From contig NC_042998.1 in the NCBI RefSeq assembly GCF_006345805.1, positions 175,212,001-175,276,000 of the forward strand: a stretch of DNA of 64,000 nt. Reading direction: 5' to 3'. The notes under the pieces are model-generated. The model did not search any database and was not told where the DNA came from. It saw nothing but the letters and a program-made list of their open reading frames with translations. Below are positions 25,571 through 39,200 of the stretch, piece by piece; within the stretch, counting starts at the first letter, position 1; each line of letters begins with the position of its first letter. The stretch is from Octopus sinensis (Eukaryota). A program made the translations under genes and the position numbers.

Positions 25571-26012
25571 TATCCAGTGGAACTTATACATTGATTAGAT
25601 GCTTAATTTCCAGTATTGTTATGTACACATATATATCATCATTATTATCATTTGACTTCTATCTTCCATGCTGGCATGGGTCAGATGGTTTCACAGGATC
25701 TGAGGAGTGCATCAAGTCCCATGTCTGTTTTAATATGGTTTCTACAGCTTGATGCCTTTCTAGTGAAAAGGCTTTAGTGTTGTGCCAAGACAACATTTTT
25801 GGTTTCCATTTTGTGTCCTAACCCTAGTATTGCTCAGATTCAACTTTAGCCATATTTGTTCGACAAGGACAATAAATTAGTGACAGTACCAGATAAAATG
25901 TCTTGTCATATTAATGACCCTCTATATTCTGAGTTTGAACCTCACCAGAGTTGGCTTGGCATTTCATCGTTTCGGAGTCAGTGAATTATAGTTACTGAGG
26001 TCAATTTAATCA

Positions 26013-26418
26013 ACTCTTTTTTACTCTTTTACTTGTTTCAGTGTTTTGACTGCAGCCATGCTGGAGCACTGCCTTTAGTCGAGCAACTCGACCCCAGGAC
26101 TTATTCTTTGTAAGCCCAGTACTTATTCTATCGATCTCTTTTGCCGAACCGCCAAGTGACAGGGACATAAACACATCAGCATCGGTTGTCAAGCAATGCT
26201 AGGGGGACAAACACAGACACACAAACATATACTCATACATATATATACATATATACAACGGGCTTCTTTCAGTTTCCGTCTACCAAATCCACTCACAAGG
26301 CTTTGGTCGGCCCGAGGCTATAGTAGAAGGCACTTGCCCAAGGTGCCACGCAGTGGGACTGAACCCGGAACCATGTGGTTGGTAAGCTAGCTACTTACCA
26401 CACAGCCACTCCTGCGCC
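26013..26418 (-). mobile_element. Full-length tRNA-head SINE family A
   Basis: Reverse complement of the 13784 copy. Confidence 0.9.
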
Positions 26419-26570
26419 AAGTGTATCTTCATCCAAAATTTATGGCCTGGTAAGTTGTCAGTGTTAGAATCAGTGTTATTATTGCTGCTACTAATGGGTT
26501 ATTTGTTGTGTGCTATCACCGTCATATATTAAACATGAGTCTTCAATATTTGTATATTTTTCTACTTTAG

Positions 26571-26671
26571 ATGATTTTGAAAGTGTGATGGGCTCCATCA
26601 AAACTGAGCTGGAGAGAAGTCTACGGCTAGGTAACCAAAAAGTAATCAAGGCAGCATATGCCAACATTCAG
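26571..26671 (+). CDS. MAP3K2: MAP3K2/3 coding exon A ([34 protein letters not shown])
   Basis: Acceptor tttctactttag and donor CAG|gtaact; 101 nt, phase 1 in and phase 0 out; resembles the MEKK2/3 N-terminal helix (MDDQQALNSIMQDL); in-frame ATG at 26588. Confidence 0.85.
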
Positions 26672-29600
26672 GTAACTTCTTAATTTTTATTATTAGAATT
26701 ACTTGTAGAACTCTGCAACTTTTGAGATTTGGATAAATTATTCAGGTTACTGGAGATTTTTCAGGTAGCAGTTCACAGCATATAACCTATTAGATAACAT
26801 TTAAATCAGTCATGGGCAAACTGGGGCCCATTTACCTTTCTGAATGACTTGCCTAAATTCATGAGAAATATAAAATTTAGCAAAATTTTGTTTTTGCCTC
26901 TCACTCTCGCTCGCTCTCCCCCCCCTCTCTCTGGTTTGAGGAAGCTGGTCTCAGAAGGAAATAACTATTAAATGTCCAACAAATTTCCCCTGCTCTTTAA
27001 TGCCTGCTGCTTTGTGGGTACACCAATCAGAAAAATAAAAAATATTTATCATTAGTCATCCATCTAATTTTTAACATGCCTCAGAGTCATGTACGTATAT
27101 AAATCGATCAATGGAAATTGCAGCTGAGATACCAGTGCCGGTGGCACGTGAGAGAACCATCCGAACGTGGCTGTTGCCAGCGCCGCCCTGACTGGCCTCG
27201 TGCTGGTGGCACGTAAAAAGCACCATCCGTTCGTGGCCGTTGCCAGCCCCACCTGGCCCCCGTGCCAGTGGCACATAAAAAGCACCATCCGATTGTGGCC
27301 GTTTGCCAGATTCGTCTGGCACGTAAGAAGCACCCACTACACTCTCGGAGTGGTTGGTGTTAGGAAGGGCATCCAGCTGTAGAAACTTTGCCAGATCAGA
27401 CTGGGCCTGGTGCAGCCTTCTGGCTTCCCAGACCCCAGTTGAAGCGTCCAACCCATGCTAGCATGGAAAGCAGACGCTAAATGATGATGATGATGATGAT
27501 ATAATTAGAAAATGGAGAAAACCATAGGTTAACAAACACATCAATTGGACCACATTTATACCTTATTTTTTAATACAGAGCATAACATAACAACATAGGT
27601 GACATAATATATCCTACGGCCATTACTGATCGCTTGCCAAAATGCAGTCTATAAGCTATAAATGTGGTCCAATCGATGTGTTTGTTAATCTGTGGTTTTC
27701 TCCATTTCCTAATTATTTGCATTGGTTCCTGATAAACTCTTGTTAATCCTGTTATCTGCACTCTACATCTATGGTGTGCCTGCTCACCAATGCCCAGGGA
27801 TAATACAGGTAACGGATACTGAGAGTATATACGAATATTTTATCCCTTAGTTACTATAACCGCTAACTCTATTTACACTATATATATATATTATATATAT
27901 ATATATTATATATATATAGGAAAGGAAAAATTATAATAAGGCAGAATGCTAAATTGAAAGTAAATTTTAATAAAAATGGGTGTATGGAAAATTAAAAATA
28001 TTTTCCATACACCCAATTTTATTAAAATTTACCTTCAATTTAGCATTCTGCCTTATTATAATTTTTCCTCTCCTATCATTTCTCCATGTGCGGTCAACAC
28101 AACCCCACCATTTATTGATTTATATATCATCATCATCATCATCATCATCGTTTAGCGTCCGTTTTCCATGCTAGCATGGGTTAGACATGGTTGGACAAAT
28201 ATATATATATATATTTGTGACTTCATAAATTTAAAGGAGATATTAGAAAACAAAAAATTTAAACCCACATGGCTTAAATATACTCTTCTTTAAAAGGCAG
28301 ACAGCACTCAAAGGAATTGTACATGCAAGCTATGTTGTTAGTGAAAGAATTGCTAAACATTCAAAAAATTATGCCAATAGTGAATGTCTTCCTGCAGTAG
28401 CTGAAATTTTATGACTGTCAAAGTTAAATGTTTGACAGGATTAGCTTGTCTCACCGGACAATAACAAGATAGTTTGAAGAGTGACATGGAGGAGAGAGAG
28501 TGATGGCTAACAGTAGACAGTGGTAATGGTTACAGGTAATGAATACAAACAGCAGACCTAATGCTGTCCCACATTACATGGTATTGTGAGTAAAGCTTAA
28601 ATACAAACAAATTATAAAATGTATAAAATCTTTATATATAAAAGTAAGGTTGTGTGTCTGTCTCCTACGATTTAGATTCCTAACTACTCCCACAGTTTGC
28701 GGTGCAGTTTAACCAAAACCGGGTATCTTATAGTCGTGATTCATATCGAGCCCTTCTGGGTATTAGCGCACATCTATGATGAGTCTACAATTTTTTTAAA
28801 AATTTACCATCATTTTTTTCCATTTTAATGCATTTTTTCGCTATTATATAAGGGAAGTAACTCTCTAAAAGTGTCTACGATGAGTCAACTATTTAAAAAA
28901 AAATTTACCATCATTTTTTTTTTCCATTTTTAATGCAGTTTTTTGCTATTTTTTGGCTATAACTCTCTAAAAATCCTTATATAGTTATTTCCCTTACAAA
29001 CCCGAGCAACGCCGTGCGATACTGCTAGTACTATATAAAATGCTTAGACATTGTAACCTATACACAGTATTGCTAGCACTGTGGATTATGAAGAAGAGTA
29101 ACTCATTCACAGCAGGATTTAAAGTTGGAATGTAATGTATTAGTTATTAAATAACACCACATAGCAGTAAATGTGGGCCAAATTATAAGGGTTTGTCAAC
29201 TGTGAAAGGCTTAAGACATTGAGGTTGTTAGTTATGCAGTGACAATGGCTTTGTGTAATAATAAACAGATTTGCATTTAACTGCTATGTACTCGGAAGGG
29301 TTCACTGACTCTAATTAAACTTATTAGATCTATTGGCAGTTTTTAGATAAGTTTTATGAGATATTTCATATAAATACTCCAGTTGTATAAGTTTTCTAAC
29401 AAGATCTTCAGATAAATGTAGCAAGATGATGGTATATAATGGACTTGATATCGAGGTGTCTCCTTAGTGAATATTTAACTATAATCTTGTGTGAAACCCA
29501 GTGACTGTGATGTAAAGATACTATATGTATTTGCAATATGTCGTGCCAGAAAGAGAACCATTATGCAGTAGTTTAATTTGCTAGAAATAACAGCTAAATC

Positions 29601-30573
29601 TTCTTCATGTCATACCCTTTCAAATTAGAAAAAGAAAGACCCATATGCTTTCCACCCGTTGCGTGTGGGTGCCATCTTTCAAGTTAATGAACTCAATACT
29701 GTGGTTGACTGTTCTATGCTGAAAATTATAACCACCAGTTTCAGAAATGTGAGAGTATGCCTTCTGCAAGTCACTGAGAATTGTGGTTCCTGAAAGAATC
29801 AATTGACATATGCATTCCTCCAGTGTGTTGCAATTCCAACATGGCACCACATAAAAATAAAAAACATATCTGGTCTTACAACACACTCATCCAAAATCCC
29901 ACTACTCATGTAGCACCCTTCCTTAGTTGTATTGCATTTTGAGAAGACTGTTTCATCTATCACAACAATCTTCCCAGGACCACCAATCTGAACTGGATTG
30001 TAAAGCAGGTCCTCCACACATATTTCATGAACATAACTGTTGTAATCAACAGCTGTGCAGTGGTAAGCAGACTAGACCTTGGCTTGTTACTATGGAAATT
30101 CGCATCTTCAGTTTGGAACCCCTATCTTGCACAGAACATTGACCTCCTGGAATCTGTCTAGAGACGTGCAACCAAACGCATACCCTCCATCAGACACCTA
30201 CCATATTCTGAGCGCCTTGTTTCCCTGGGCATGGATTCACTGAAGCTCCGGCGTTTGGCGACGGACTTGGTAAACACCCACAAAGTTATCAACCACCTCA
30301 CCAACAACAACACTGAACACCTTTTTGATCTCCATGTGTCTAACACACGTGGACATGCCTACAAAGTCAGAAAACAATACAGCTCCCATGACTTTCGGAA
30401 ACATTTTTTCACGCTCAGAGTTGCTGAAGCATGGAATAAACTGCCTGCGTCAGTTGTTGACTGCCATGACACTGCATCTTTTAAGGCCCTCATGCTTTCC
30501 GAAATCCGCCAAAACTACACCTGATTATATATACACTTTGGATGAGTTGTGGTGCACCTGAGCACTGTACACA

Positions 30574-30606
<33 letters not shown>

Positions 30607-33600
30607 AACAGGCACCAATATATCTGTGGTTTTTGATTGACTAGAATTACCCAAAATTTGTGAAGTTTAAAAACTATCAACTTATTTATTAATTTATGGC
30701 AAATATGAATTTCGTTTCCATAATTAGCATACAAAGCTACATCAATACACCAGATTTGAATCAAATGGAACAAAAAGTCATTGGAAAGTGTTTTCCAAAC
30801 AGAAAAAAATATGGAAAAAACACTTTGCAGTATTTGTTCTGAGTCTTTACATTTCAAGTTCAAATCTTGCTATGGTAATTTTTTTATCCCTCTGAGGTTG
30901 GTATAAAGTACCAGGCAAGACAATCATATTGACTGACCCCACTACCCTCATAATTGTTGACTGTGTGCCTAAATTAGGAACCATTATTGCTGATGTCATC
31001 ATCGTTATTTAGTTGGTAGAATCAGTAGCATCCCAGGCAAAATGCTTAGTGGCATTTCATCCATCCAAGTTCAAATTCTTCTGAGGTCAAATTTGCGTTT
31101 CATTTTTTCCCGTGTTGATAAAATAAGTACCAGTCAAGTTTTAGGGTCAATGTAATTGACTAGCCCTTTCCCACAAAATTTCAGGTCTTATATGCCTATA
31201 GTAGAAAGAATTATTTTTACTTCTACTACTACTACTTTTTAAAATAAATTTTTTATTTGTATTTCAGAAAAATGGTGAGTTCAAGATTAAGTTTGAATAC
31301 AATTCAGAAAAGAGGTAAGTCTCCTATATATGAATACCTTACATTTTATTTTGCATTATTTTATTTATGTATTTGTCTCTTTGTACATAATTTTATGAAT
31401 TAAAATTCTTAGTAACATTTCATCATCACAATTGTTATTGTCATTTCTTAGAGAGCTGTAGTTCAAGCAACAATAAAATATAAATTAAGTGTAAATGTCT
31501 CCTGAGTCCCACAGATCTTTTAATGACCAGTTATTTCCCCAGTTTCATGATTTGAAGTAGTTGAGAGGCAAATCCCTTAATAGTCTATCATAAATAATAT
31601 TCCCAGATCCATCTATTAACAGCCTCAAACATCTATGTAAACTGAACTAATATAGAATAAAATGTTCTGCTCAGAAATACAACTAAACACTTGGAGTAGA
31701 TCTGACCTTATGATTGGCAGCCAACGGGATTTAACATCAGTACTACAAGCAAATGAAGGACTTGCTAATTTTGCAGTGGTACCACTACTTAAACCAGAAA
31801 ATCTCTCTACTATAAATATGTAATATATAATATGACTACCAACTAGTTACTTGGTTATCCATTATCTTAGCCATTCAACCATGTATGCATTTAATCATGT
31901 ATTTACTGTATTCTAGTGCATTTTATTGTAATTTAGTGTCTTTCTTACTCCTGTTGCTGCTCATAAAGAATTTATATTTATTGCTGTGTATCTTAGGGCA
32001 ATCCAAGTGAGTCGGTCGATACCATATGAAGACTTGGTCCATCATGTTATACAACGATATGGTATGAAGCTGCAAATGTTCTACACCCAGCCTAATGGAG
32101 AAGTAAGTATTTGTAATTTCTGATATTCACATAAATTTTAGGAGACTGGTATGGTCAGTTAGCTGTTTCTACCCTAATAATGTTACATAATTGTTTATTC
32201 ATATGGATGGTGTCCAAAAGTAATTTATTTGGATAGTATGGTGAAGTGAACACTTAGCTGAGAAGGTTTATTAACATCAAAACATGTCCAGAGTTGTCTC
32301 CCATATTTGTCAAGATAAAATGATCATCATTGTTTAACGTCCGCTTTCCATGCTGGCATGGGTTGGACGGTTTGACTGAGAACTAGTCAGTATGACATTT
32401 TACATTGTTTTTAGTTGTTTTTAGCTTTTTTTATTCATCATATAATTGTTTCACACTAGGTTATTGATCTTCTTTTCTTTAAGCATGTTAACATTAACTT
32501 AAGCTCATTTTTCCACACATAAAAACATACCTCACATTTCTAGGTGAGGACATAATCTATTGAATTAAACTCAGTATATTAGTAATAATTTAGCAACTCC
32601 AAGGGGGATGAAAATGAAGACAGCCATGACAAGATGGAAAATCAAACCGTAAAGGAACATAACTAAATACTGTCCAGCATTCTACTCTATTTACCATTCT
32701 CTCAAGGGCTTTATTAAGCTAGTGGAAACGAAACAGAATGCTAAATATACCCAACTGATGTGTTCAGTTTCTTTTTAGCATGCTATCAGTAAGTTTATCC
32801 TGAACAGATAAAAACAGAAGGGAAGTTGAGATTATGCTGGTTGATTACACTGGAATTATGTATGAAAGAGGCTGTGGGAATTTATTGTGTTAATGCTTTT
32901 ACCACCTGCCATTTTTACAGATGCGAAATAATTTACAGCCTAGAACACAATGGCAGCGTTTAATTGTTTTCATCAAAGCAAACTCTGCTGGAGCAACAGT
33001 CAGCATTATTTTTAGTTGAATGAGAGGATCCTCCACACAGGTGCTAAGCCTGCTAGAAATAATAGTCAAATCTCTTTCAAATTACGTCTTATCATCTTAA
33101 AACAAGAAGGGAACATTGGGTAATTTGGTGCTAAATAGAATATGGCCAACAGAAAGATGGAACATTCACAGTTGGAATACCTTTGATCATAGGTTTGCTT
33201 GATCAGAGCTGGCCTTGGGCTAAATAGCCACATGTGTGAAACTCCTTATTGAAAGATCCACACCAGGTCACTAGACTGTCTATCATACTCTCCACTTATC
33301 TTTCTCATTCCTCCTTTTTATCAGGTCATCCCATAAGTTCTGTCCGATTTTACCTTTTTTTAATGGAATTAAAAATCATTTTTATGCATTTGTGTACATT
33401 TAAACTAATTAAATATTATTTTACAGAAGAATAGAATTAAAATTTCTTTGATTAAAACCCTTTCTAACATGGAAGTATCCAAAGAACACAAAAATGGAAA
33501 CTGCAGCCAAAGCGACTCAAAACATACACTCAATTTATGGGAAAGAATGCTTGAATGAAAGAACTTGCAGAAGATGGTTTCCAAAATTCAGGAGTGGAGA

Positions 33601-36166
33601 TTTCACCCTCGAAGATGAAGATCAAACAGGATGTCTAGTTGAGTTTGATGAAAAGCTCCTTGAGGCATTACTTGAAGAAAATCCTGCATTATCAGTTGAA
33701 GAATTGGCAATAAAGCTTAGTTCAAACCATACAACTGTTCATCATCATCTTCAATAACTTGGAAAATGGGTGCCTCATGAATTGTCTGAAAGCAACTGAA
33801 AATCCATTTTCACACTCATTTCATCCTTTTTGGATAGACATGTGACTGGTGACAAAAAATGGATCAGCTATCGAAATGTTAAAGTCCTAAACAGTGGTTT
33901 GGTAAAAGGGAAAAAGCTCAACCACAACTGAGAAGGGAACTTCATGGGAAAAAGGTTCTTCTCTCTATCTGGTGGGGTTGCAAAGGAGTAATTCACTTTG
34001 AATTGTTACCACCTAATGCAACAATCAGTGCTTAAGTCTACTGTCAGCAATTAGAGTGTCTGAACCAAGCTTTGAAGAAAAAAAGACCCGCTTTAGTGAA
34101 TTGAAAAGGAGTGATGTTTCATCAGGACAATGCGCAACCCCACACTGCAAAGATCACATCACAGAAGATCGAAGAGCTTGATTGGGAAAAAATTCCTCAT
34201 CCACCTTATTCTCCTGAACTTGCTCCTTCAGACTACCATTTGTTTCGTAGTTTACAGAATCATTTGGGGAACATAACTTTCACAAGCTAGAAGGGGATCG
34301 AAAGTGACATTTTGGAGTTCTTTGCTTTGAAACCAAAAAAGTTGTACATTGATGGGATTAAAAAGCTTGTAAGTAGATGGAAGGAAGTCATAGATAATCA
34401 GGGAAAGTACATTGATGATTAAATTTCAATTAAATATAACATTTGATCACTTGTTTTCTTTATTCAAAATTCGGACAGAACTTATGGAATGACCTGATAG
34501 TTGAACTCTTCCAGTTTTTGCCTTGTTTGAGACATTGGTTCACCTCACGCTCCAGTTATCTGTTTGATGGCTTTCTCTCTTCCTCTCTCTCTCTCTCTCA
34601 TACTTACCCACCCACACTTAACTCCTCATTCAGCTTTCAGTACTTCATCAATTACTTGCCTATACAGGCATTACTGTGTGGTTAAAAGAAGTTTGCTTCC
34701 CAATCATATGATTACAGGTTTTTCCCCCACTTCTTGAGAGCTGGGACAGGTGTCTTTTTACTATAGCCTCAAGCTGCTGTCTGAAGCCTTGCGGATGAAT
34801 TTGGGAAATGAAAACTGAAAGAAGCTGATTGTGCATGGACTCATATGTATGTGTGTTGCCAGGGTGGAGGTGGGGAAGTATGCATGTGTGTCTGTATTTG
34901 TTTACATTTGCACTTCTTCAGAAATCACTCAACCATGAGTGGTGATATTGTTGTCGTTTCCGTTGTCATTGGGTCTTCTGCTGAAGGTGCCTGGAATAAG
35001 ATTGAAAAAAAAAAAGTAAGGATTAACAACAGGAAAATCTAGTTATAAAATACTGTCTTAATAATATAAATTTTTTATGTTAGCATGGTAAAATGGATGT
35101 GAAAACAAATGAATGATATCACCATTTTCCCTGCCTTTTTTATGTCAGGCAATGAGCAAGGTCTGAAGTATTAGATTTGATATTCCTTGTGGTAATCAAA
35201 CTTATTAAACTCAACTTCTTGATAAACTATAGGTTTATCAAGTATAAAGTAATGTAAACCACCCAATAGTGCAATCTGGGAGACTGCAGCAGTCCGACTT
35301 GCCAGGAAAGAACGTTGTAATGCTGAATAGGAATACAAAATGCACACACCAGAGATCAACAGGAAAAAGCGCAATAGATCATCCAACCATCTCAAGCAGG
35401 TGACAAAAAAGGCAGTGCTTGAATTCGAACAGTGCATAGCAACCAACCCTGACAGCAAAGTGTTCTGGAAGTATATAAAATGTTCAAATCTGATAACATT
35501 TATATATCATCAGCTTTATTAATCCAGGAGTGTAGTAGGGTGGAAAAATAGTTTCTTGGTGCATGGAGTTTACAAAATTGTCTTGAAAAATGTAGTCCTC
35601 TGAGAGCTTTCATATAATGAGGAATGGTTTATTCTTATTTATCTAAAGTGATAGTGTTGGCACAAACGGAAGAGAGTCATCCTAAATACTCTTTTACTTC
35701 AGTGATTTATGATTCAACTTCAGTCTTTTATTCCAGTTTTTAAACCAAATTCTAGTAATTTTCTAGGGTTTGATGTAATAAGATGTTACTCTTCCTATAT
35801 ACCCTAATAGGCATTGTCACAAGTCAAAAGAAATCATTCACGTAAATCTAATGCCTTTCTTGATTTTGTTCTTTTCAGTTTTATATACCTCTGGAGTGCC
35901 AAAATAATTTAGATACAGCAATTAAGTTGATGGATCGTAGTGATCGATCTTCAAGTTTGCGTATCTTTCTCACAAAACCAGCAGATACTTCAGATTATGG
36001 CAGTTCTTACAGTGATAGATCCTCCAGTCTCAGGACTAGTTCATCTGAATCATATTATAATGTAAGTTGTAAAGTTTTTATTATTTCACTACATTAATCT
36101 TATGAATAACAGTATTGATTTCTAACATAAGTACTTCTAAGCAGAGTTCATGTTTATTAACTTCAA

Positions 36167-36198
<32 letters not shown>

Positions 36199-36205
36199 CG
36201 AGCGC

Positions 36206-36236
<31 letters not shown>

Positions 36237-39200
36237 TTCTGTGAATTACTTTTAATTAATGTTTTGATTTTCTCCTCTGTTGCAGCATCGAGATTCACCT
36301 AGTCCACCACCTGGTTCATTACCCCCACATGAAATACATCTTCGACATAGCAGTTCCTACAATTCCATTACTGGAGAGGGACAATTCATTCCAGAACCAA
36401 TGCATCAAGATGAAGTAAGTATCAGTCAATGATTCATCATCATCAACATCATTTAGCGTCCGCTTTCCATGCTAGCATGGGTTGGACGGTTCAACTGGGG
36501 TCTGGGAAGCTAGAAGGCTGCACCAGGCCCAGTCTGATCTGGCAATGTTTCTATGGCTGGATGCCCTTCCTAACACCAACCACTCTGTGAGTGTAGTAGG
36601 TGCTTTTTACGTGCCACCGGCACAGGTGTCAGACGGGGCTGGCAAACGGCCACAGTCGGATGGTGCTTTTTACGTGCCAGGAAAAATAGATAGATTGTGT
36701 AAACTTGAACAGTCTGACTATTCCAAAGAGCAGGCACCAAAATAACAGCAGAAAACATGGACAAATGAAACCATGCATATCTGAGCAGTGACCGTAGCAT
36801 GTTTGTTTATATTGCTCTCGTATTACTCTTTCCTCTGCCTTCACTTCTTTTTACTTTTCCTTCCCCGTTGTCAGCATCATTTGTATTAGTAGTAACAATA
36901 GTCATAGTAGCAAAACCATCAATTGATTTACTATTATAATTGTCATTGCCCCTGCACTGTCAACATTCAACATTACCATCATCATCATCATCTTATTTAT
37001 GTTTCTAATACTTTCTTCTTCATTGTCTCTTTTGCAGCCAATTAGCTGTATGGGTCTGAAACACACATATAGTCCTGATGGTTCAATTGCAGGAAGTACA
37101 TCTTCGTTAGACAGTAATTATATCAGTTGCCAGTAAGTATTCTTTTGTCTCATTATTTTTGGGCTGGAATTATAAGTGGACATTAAACTATGGACTTCAA
37201 TCACAGTGTCACTTCAAAAGAATTTTTTCTTTGAACATATGCCTTCTATTTCTGTCAATAGACAGTGCAACATTTTGTCAACAGTCAGTACATTCCCGAC
37301 TTTGCCAACAAATTGCATCTTCCTTATTTTTGTCAAGAAATTGTACTTAAGTTAACCTCTATCTGATTACCTCTAACTGATGATTGATCAATGGTTCATA
37401 TTCTGCTTGTGTCTGTGATTGAGACATTTGGCTATACCTATCTAGCTGTTGTAATGTCCCACTGTAAGCTGCAGGAGCTTCACAATAGAATTAACAAATG
37501 TCTTGCTGTAATCCAGAGTTCAGCTCCTGTAAATATAGCTTGGTGAAGGATGATCTCTGTCAAGCTAACATGTTCTTGATTAACTACATAAAGACAAACT
37601 ACAATCAATAAGTTATGGGATTCATCAATAAACTCATCAATATCAGTTCGATAACTAGAACATTCTTTTGCAGAACGGAATTTGTATATTTCTGTCATAC
37701 TATCTTATATTGATAACTACAATTTATCACCATTCTTATTCTATAAATTATTAAGGCTGACTAAGTATTAGCCTATATTTTCAATGTTCCCTTTTGATGA
37801 TGATTCTAAGCCTTACATCCTTAGAAGCAGCAACAGAGGTAAACACTTTCAATATTAATTTTCAAAATTACAAATGTATTTTTCAAATTTAATTAAAGAA
37901 CTAGTAATCTTATTAACCTAAGCCCCAGGGTACTTAAATTTCTGAATATTACTTTCAAATTTTCACAGACGATTGAAAATAGGTTAAAATGAAAAAATCA
38001 ATTATCAAAACTCCTTTACTTCAAGTTAAAATGGAAATACACCATGTCCTATAAACAGGACATGGAAACAATGTGATATAGTTTATTTAACCCTTTTGTT
38101 ACTGTATTTATTTTGAGATGCTCTGTGTTTCTTTCGATTAAGCAACGCATATATCATGTAAGTCATTTATATTTATACCATAGAAGCCGTCTGTATTGCA
38201 TCACATAAGTAATATATATTTGAACTTACTTCTTTTTAAACAGTGGGGAGTCCTATCCTTTTCGGAATTCAGCTCGGCGAGACTCAAGGCGAAGTATTCT
38301 TTCAGATGGTAATAAAGAAGATATGCTTCCTGGTAAGACAGCTGATTTTACTAAACTTACTGCATTCTTTCAATTTTCTTTACATTTTGGTTTCATCAAA
38401 GCTTTGCATTTCAACTGTAATCTATTCCTTATACTAAATTTTTTAATATTTTCAGGAAGCAAAATGCAGGCATTTGGTACTTTCCCACGTGGTTACGAAA
38501 CAGGTACACACATGGCTGATGTTGAACGTAAGTTTATTTTTCATTGATTCTACAGGTTGTTGTATGAGATGTTTTTAATGCTATTAACCGCCTCTCCTTT
38601 TTTTGTTTCTCAGGTATTGACTGGTCCAATATCTGTTTACAAAATGACATCCCATAATCCACTAGATCATGTAATTACTACTGAAGACTTTTGCCTTCAC
38701 TTTGTTTAACTAGAACCAGTCTAGAAGAGGTTATTTGTCTCAAAGCTCTTTAGAACATTTGAATTTGTGGGTGGGAAACCTACAATCATGAAAAATGAGA
38801 AATAAAGTATTGTGATATTTCATTTTTGCATTTGGTTTGCAAGATTCCTAATGTGAACTCATATGTTGGAACAGAATTTGTTGTATCTCAGAAAAATCAT
38901 TACACTAATAATGTAATGAAAGAACTTTAACTAATCTAGCTGACTGATAGATTGGTTGGCCAAACAATTAATCAAACAATCAATTAGTTGACTGGTTAAA
39001 TGTTAATGAGTTGGCTAATAATAATAAAGGAAGTGAAATAGAACCTGTGCATGTGTTTATTATTGGCATAATAACCCTCCCAAGATACAACAACAACAGT
39101 TGTTGTGCATATACCTTTTCCAAGGATATATTAGTATGGTAAGAAAATATAACTGGATCCAAACAGGGTTACATATCAATAACAAAGTCACTTTGATCCG

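Noticed and set aside
36914-36945. Possible editing-complementary sequence for the exon D PB1 segment
   Set aside because: Only about 7 contiguous complementary bases in AT-rich DNA; expected by chance.
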